A DNA stretch of 64,000 nucleotides from an uncultured delta proteobacterium (GTDB lineage Bacteria; Myxococcota; Myxococcia; Myxococcales; Myxococcaceae). The stretch spans positions 1 to 64,000 of the forward strand of contig CAVZMH010000022.1 in the NCBI GenBank assembly GCA_963776345.1. The letters are read 5' to 3'. Positions 61,471 to 64,000 of the stretch are shown one piece after another (positions within the stretch are counted from its first letter, which is position 1; the number at the start of each line of letters is the position of its first letter). Under the pieces are notes generated by a model, which saw only the letters and a list, made by a program, of their open reading frames with translations, searched no databases and was not told where the DNA came from. The position numbers were made by a program, and so were the translations under genes.

Positions 61471-62750
61471 CGATCGAGCCTCCTCTTGATCAACCACAGC
61501 GGGACGCTCGCGGCCGACCCGCCCGGGTCCAGGCGAAGCGATTCCTCGAGTGCACGTGCGGCCTCGCGATCCTGCCCCTCGGTCCAGAGCGCGAGTCCGA
61601 GGTTGTTCCAGGCGCGGGCGCGGTCCGGCGCCTTGCGCACAGAGTCGCTCCAGAGCAAGCGCGCGTCCGACCAGACCCTCACCCGCACGGGGACGAAGAC
61701 TGCCCAGGCGCAGAGCAGCGCGGTCGCGGCGACCCATCGCGTCCGTCGCCCTCCGGGCTCAGGCCGCGCCAGCAGCACGCCGAGGAGGATCGAAGGCCCG
61801 ACCCATGCCAGGTAGAGGGGCTTCTCGGTGACGAGGTCGATCTTGGCGATCAGCGAGTTCGTCGGTGCGAGGGCGAGGAGCGGCCACGCCACGCAGAACG
61901 TGACCAGCGGCTCGCGTCGTCGCATGGCGATGGCGCCGGCCACGGCGGCGCCGACGGCGAAGAGGACGAGGGTGGTGAGAAGAAGGCTCTCCGGAGGAGG
62001 ACCGTGGTCGACCGCCAGCGCCCATGGACGGACCCAGAGCGAGATCATCACCCCCGCGCCGCGAAGGGCCGGACCGAGGTTCGCCAGTGGGTCGCGCAGG
62101 TCGAGTGAGAAGGCGAGGAGCTCGCGGTAGCGCGGCGACAGCGCGAGCACGCCGAGGATCACCGCGGCGAGCGCGCCGGCCGCAGGGAGCCACCGGAGCC
62201 CGCTCGCCGGAGAGCGGGTCAGCTCCCGCACGGCGAGGAACGCCGGGAAGACGAGCGCGATCTCCTTCGACAGACACGCAGCGGCGAAGAGGAGGAGGCC
62301 GCTCGCGCGCCGTCCGTCCTCCCAGCGCACCAGGGCCCAGACGAAGAGCGCGGCCATGAGTCCGGTGGAGCGGCCGGTGACGTAGGCGACGACCTCGGCG
62401 TTTGCAGGCTGGAGAGCGAAGATCGCCGCGGCGAGGAAGGCGGCGACCTCGTCCCGCACCAGCCGGCGCGCGAGCGCATGAACGCCGAGGACGGTGGCTG
62501 CGTGAAGTAGGAGATTGGTGAGGAGGAACCCGGCGGGCCGCATCCCCCAGAGGAGATGGTCCAGGAAGTACGAGAGGCGCAGAAGCGGGCGGATTCCGGT
62601 CGATAGCCGCGCGAGCAGCGCGCTGGCGTCGACCGTCGCAGGGTCCGCGACGATGGTCGGGAAGTCGTCGAACTGGAACGAGCCGCCGAGGACTCCGCCC
62701 CACGCGATCGCGGTGAGGACGACCAGCACGAGTCGCGGATTCGCGCGCAC
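61467..62750 (-). CDS. TMTC/PMT-like GT-C membrane glycosyltransferase with C-terminal TPR
   Basis: FQFDD loop, RPL, NLLLH, EVVAYVTGR, LSKE, EKPLYL, RVWSD, RAWNNLG TPR. Confidence 0.78.
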   Translation of the reverse strand: MRANPRLVLVVLTAIAWGGVLGGSFQFDDFPTIVADPATVDASALLARLSTGIRPLLRLSYFLDHLLWGMRPAGFLLTNLLLHAATVLGVHALARRLVRDEVAAFLAAAIFALQPANAEVVAYVTGRSTGLMAALFVWALVRWEDGRRASGLLLFAAACLSKEIALVFPAFLAVRELTRSPASGLRWLPAAGALAAVILGVLALSPRYRELLAFSLDLRDPLANLGPALRGAGVMISLWVRPWALAVDHGPPPESLLLTTLVLFAVGAAVAGAIAMRRREPLVTFCVAWPLLALAPTNSLIAKIDLVTEKPLYLAWVGPSILLGVLLARPEPGGRRTRWVAATALLCAWAVFVPVRVRVWSDARLLWSDSVRKAPDRARAWNNLGLALWTEGQDREAARALEESLRLDPGGSAASVPLWLIKRRLDR

Positions 62751-62879
62751 GAGAAGTCCGTCAGGTCGGGACCGGATGCCCCGGTCGAGACTGTGCTCGA
62801 ATTAGACCCAAGGTGCACGCGGGGACAGCCAGCGCATGCCAGCCGGGTGAAAAAGCTCGTCGGCTTCCCACGGGTCCGG

Positions 62880-64000
62880 TCAGCCGACGACCGCGAGCAG
62901 ATCTCCGGCTTGAACGCTGGTCTTCAGCGCCGGGAGCAGCTCCTTCACCGCCCCGGCGCGCGGTGCGCGCACGACGGTCTCCATCTTCATCGCCTCGAGC
63001 GTGACCAGCGGCGCGCCGGCGTCCACCCGGTCCCCCGCCTTGGTGTGCAGCGCGACCACCGTCCCGGGCATCGACGCGCCCACGTGCTCCGGGTTGCCGC
63101 GCTCGGCCTTCCGCGCCTCGGCCACCGCCACCGCGTGCGACCGGTCGCGCACCGAGACCTGCCGGGCGTGCCCGTTGAGCTCGAAGTACACGGTGCGCAT
63201 GCCCTTCTCGTCGGGCCTCCCCACCGCCGCGAGCCCCACCACCAGCGTCTTCCCGGGCTCCAGCTCGACGAAGATCTCCTGGCCCACCTCCAGCCCGTAG
63301 AAGTAGGTGGGCGAGTCGAGGATCGACACGTCCTCGTACCTCGCCTGGGCCTCGAAGTAGTCGGCCATCACCCGCGGGTAGAGCGCCGCGCTGATCGCCT
63401 CGTCCCGCCGGAGCTCCCGTCCTAGCTTGGCCCCCAGCGACTTCTGCAGCCCGGGCAGGTCGAACGGGGGCAGGCTCGCGCTCGCCCGCCCCTCGACCCT
63501 GGGGAGTCCCTTCAGCACCGCCTCGCGCAGCTCTGCCGGGAAGCCGCCCGGCGGCGTGCCCAGCCGGCCCTGGAAGTACTCCACCACGCTCACCGGGAAG
63601 TCGAGCCGGGACGCCTCGGAGAGAAGCCGCACCTGCGTGGCGGCCGCCGACGCCTCCAGGGTCTCCTTGCGCACCATCAGGTCGTTCTTGAGGAGGAAGA
63701 TGGCGAGGTCGCCCACCATCTTCGACGACGGCGTCACCTTCGGGATGTCGCCGGCGAGCAGGTTCACCACCGCGAAGGCGTACTTCACGTCGTTCCACCG
63801 CGGCAGGAGCCCCATCTCCGCGACCTGAGGCCGGAGGTTCGAGTACTGCCCGCCGGGAATCTCGTGGAAGTACACCTCGGAGGTGCTGCTCTTCAGCCCG
63901 CACTCGAACGGGCTGTACACCTCGCGCACGTCCTCCCAGTAGTCGGCCAGCGGCTGCAGCTTCTTGTTGGTCAGCTGCGTGTCGCGCGGATAGCCGCGCT
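62880..64000 (-). CDS. pyc: Pyruvate carboxylase, C-terminal part (5' end outside the window)
   Basis: HEIPGGQYSNL, GDIPKVTPSSKMVGDLA, VYFELNG, EAMKME biotin-attachment motif. Confidence 0.95.
   Translation of the reverse strand, partial: RGYPRDTQLTNKKLQPLADYWEDVREVYSPFECGLKSSTSEVYFHEIPGGQYSNLRPQVAEMGLLPRWNDVKYAFAVVNLLAGDIPKVTPSSKMVGDLAIFLLKNDLMVRKETLEASAAATQVRLLSEASRLDFPVSVVEYFQGRLGTPPGGFPAELREAVLKGLPRVEGRASASLPPFDLPGLQKSLGAKLGRELRRDEAISAALYPRVMADYFEAQARYEDVSILDSPTYFYGLEVGQEIFVELEPGKTLVVGLAAVGRPDEKGMRTVYFELNGHARQVSVRDRSHAVAVAEARKAERGNPEHVGASMPGTVVALHTKAGDRVDAGAPLVTLEAMKMETVVRAPRAGAVKELLPALKTSVQAGDLLAVVG

Overview
High-GC window whose gene content points to a myxobacterium (Myxococcota; inferred). 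1-14.5 kb is housekeeping: a partial complex I operon (nuoE-F-J-K-L-M-N, no G/H/I), a PilZ-receiver protein, a probable Ser/Thr pseudokinase, an HTH-receiver regulator, kdsA and pyrG. Between pyrG and kdsB lies a ~17 kb respiratory cluster with 58 c-type heme motifs by my count. It holds three tandem monoheme cytochrome paralogues (one apparently with a Met-to-His ligand swap) and a Rieske/cytochrome b/nonaheme module. Divergent from that module are two OmcA/MtrC-like decaheme lipoproteins, a beta-barrel porin, a 13-heme periplasmic cytochrome and a 13-heme CX4CH-type lipoprotein. This is a candidate complete quinone-to-surface electron conduit. The right half is accessory: a Ser-for-Cys transglutaminase-like lipoprotein coupled to a discoidin/prenyltransferase-barrel/vWA protein; a kinase-TPR; SulP; an operon of metallophosphoesterase, USP-PLD fusion, USP and a Na,K-ATPase-like P-type pump; a TMTC-like glycosyltransferase coupled to two secreted unknowns; and the 3' part of pyruvate carboxylase. 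Several indels, including a compensated pair in nuoJ, suggest sequencing errors. No RNA genes, CRISPR arrays, integrases or transposases were recognised. All family calls come from motif recognition, not database searches.
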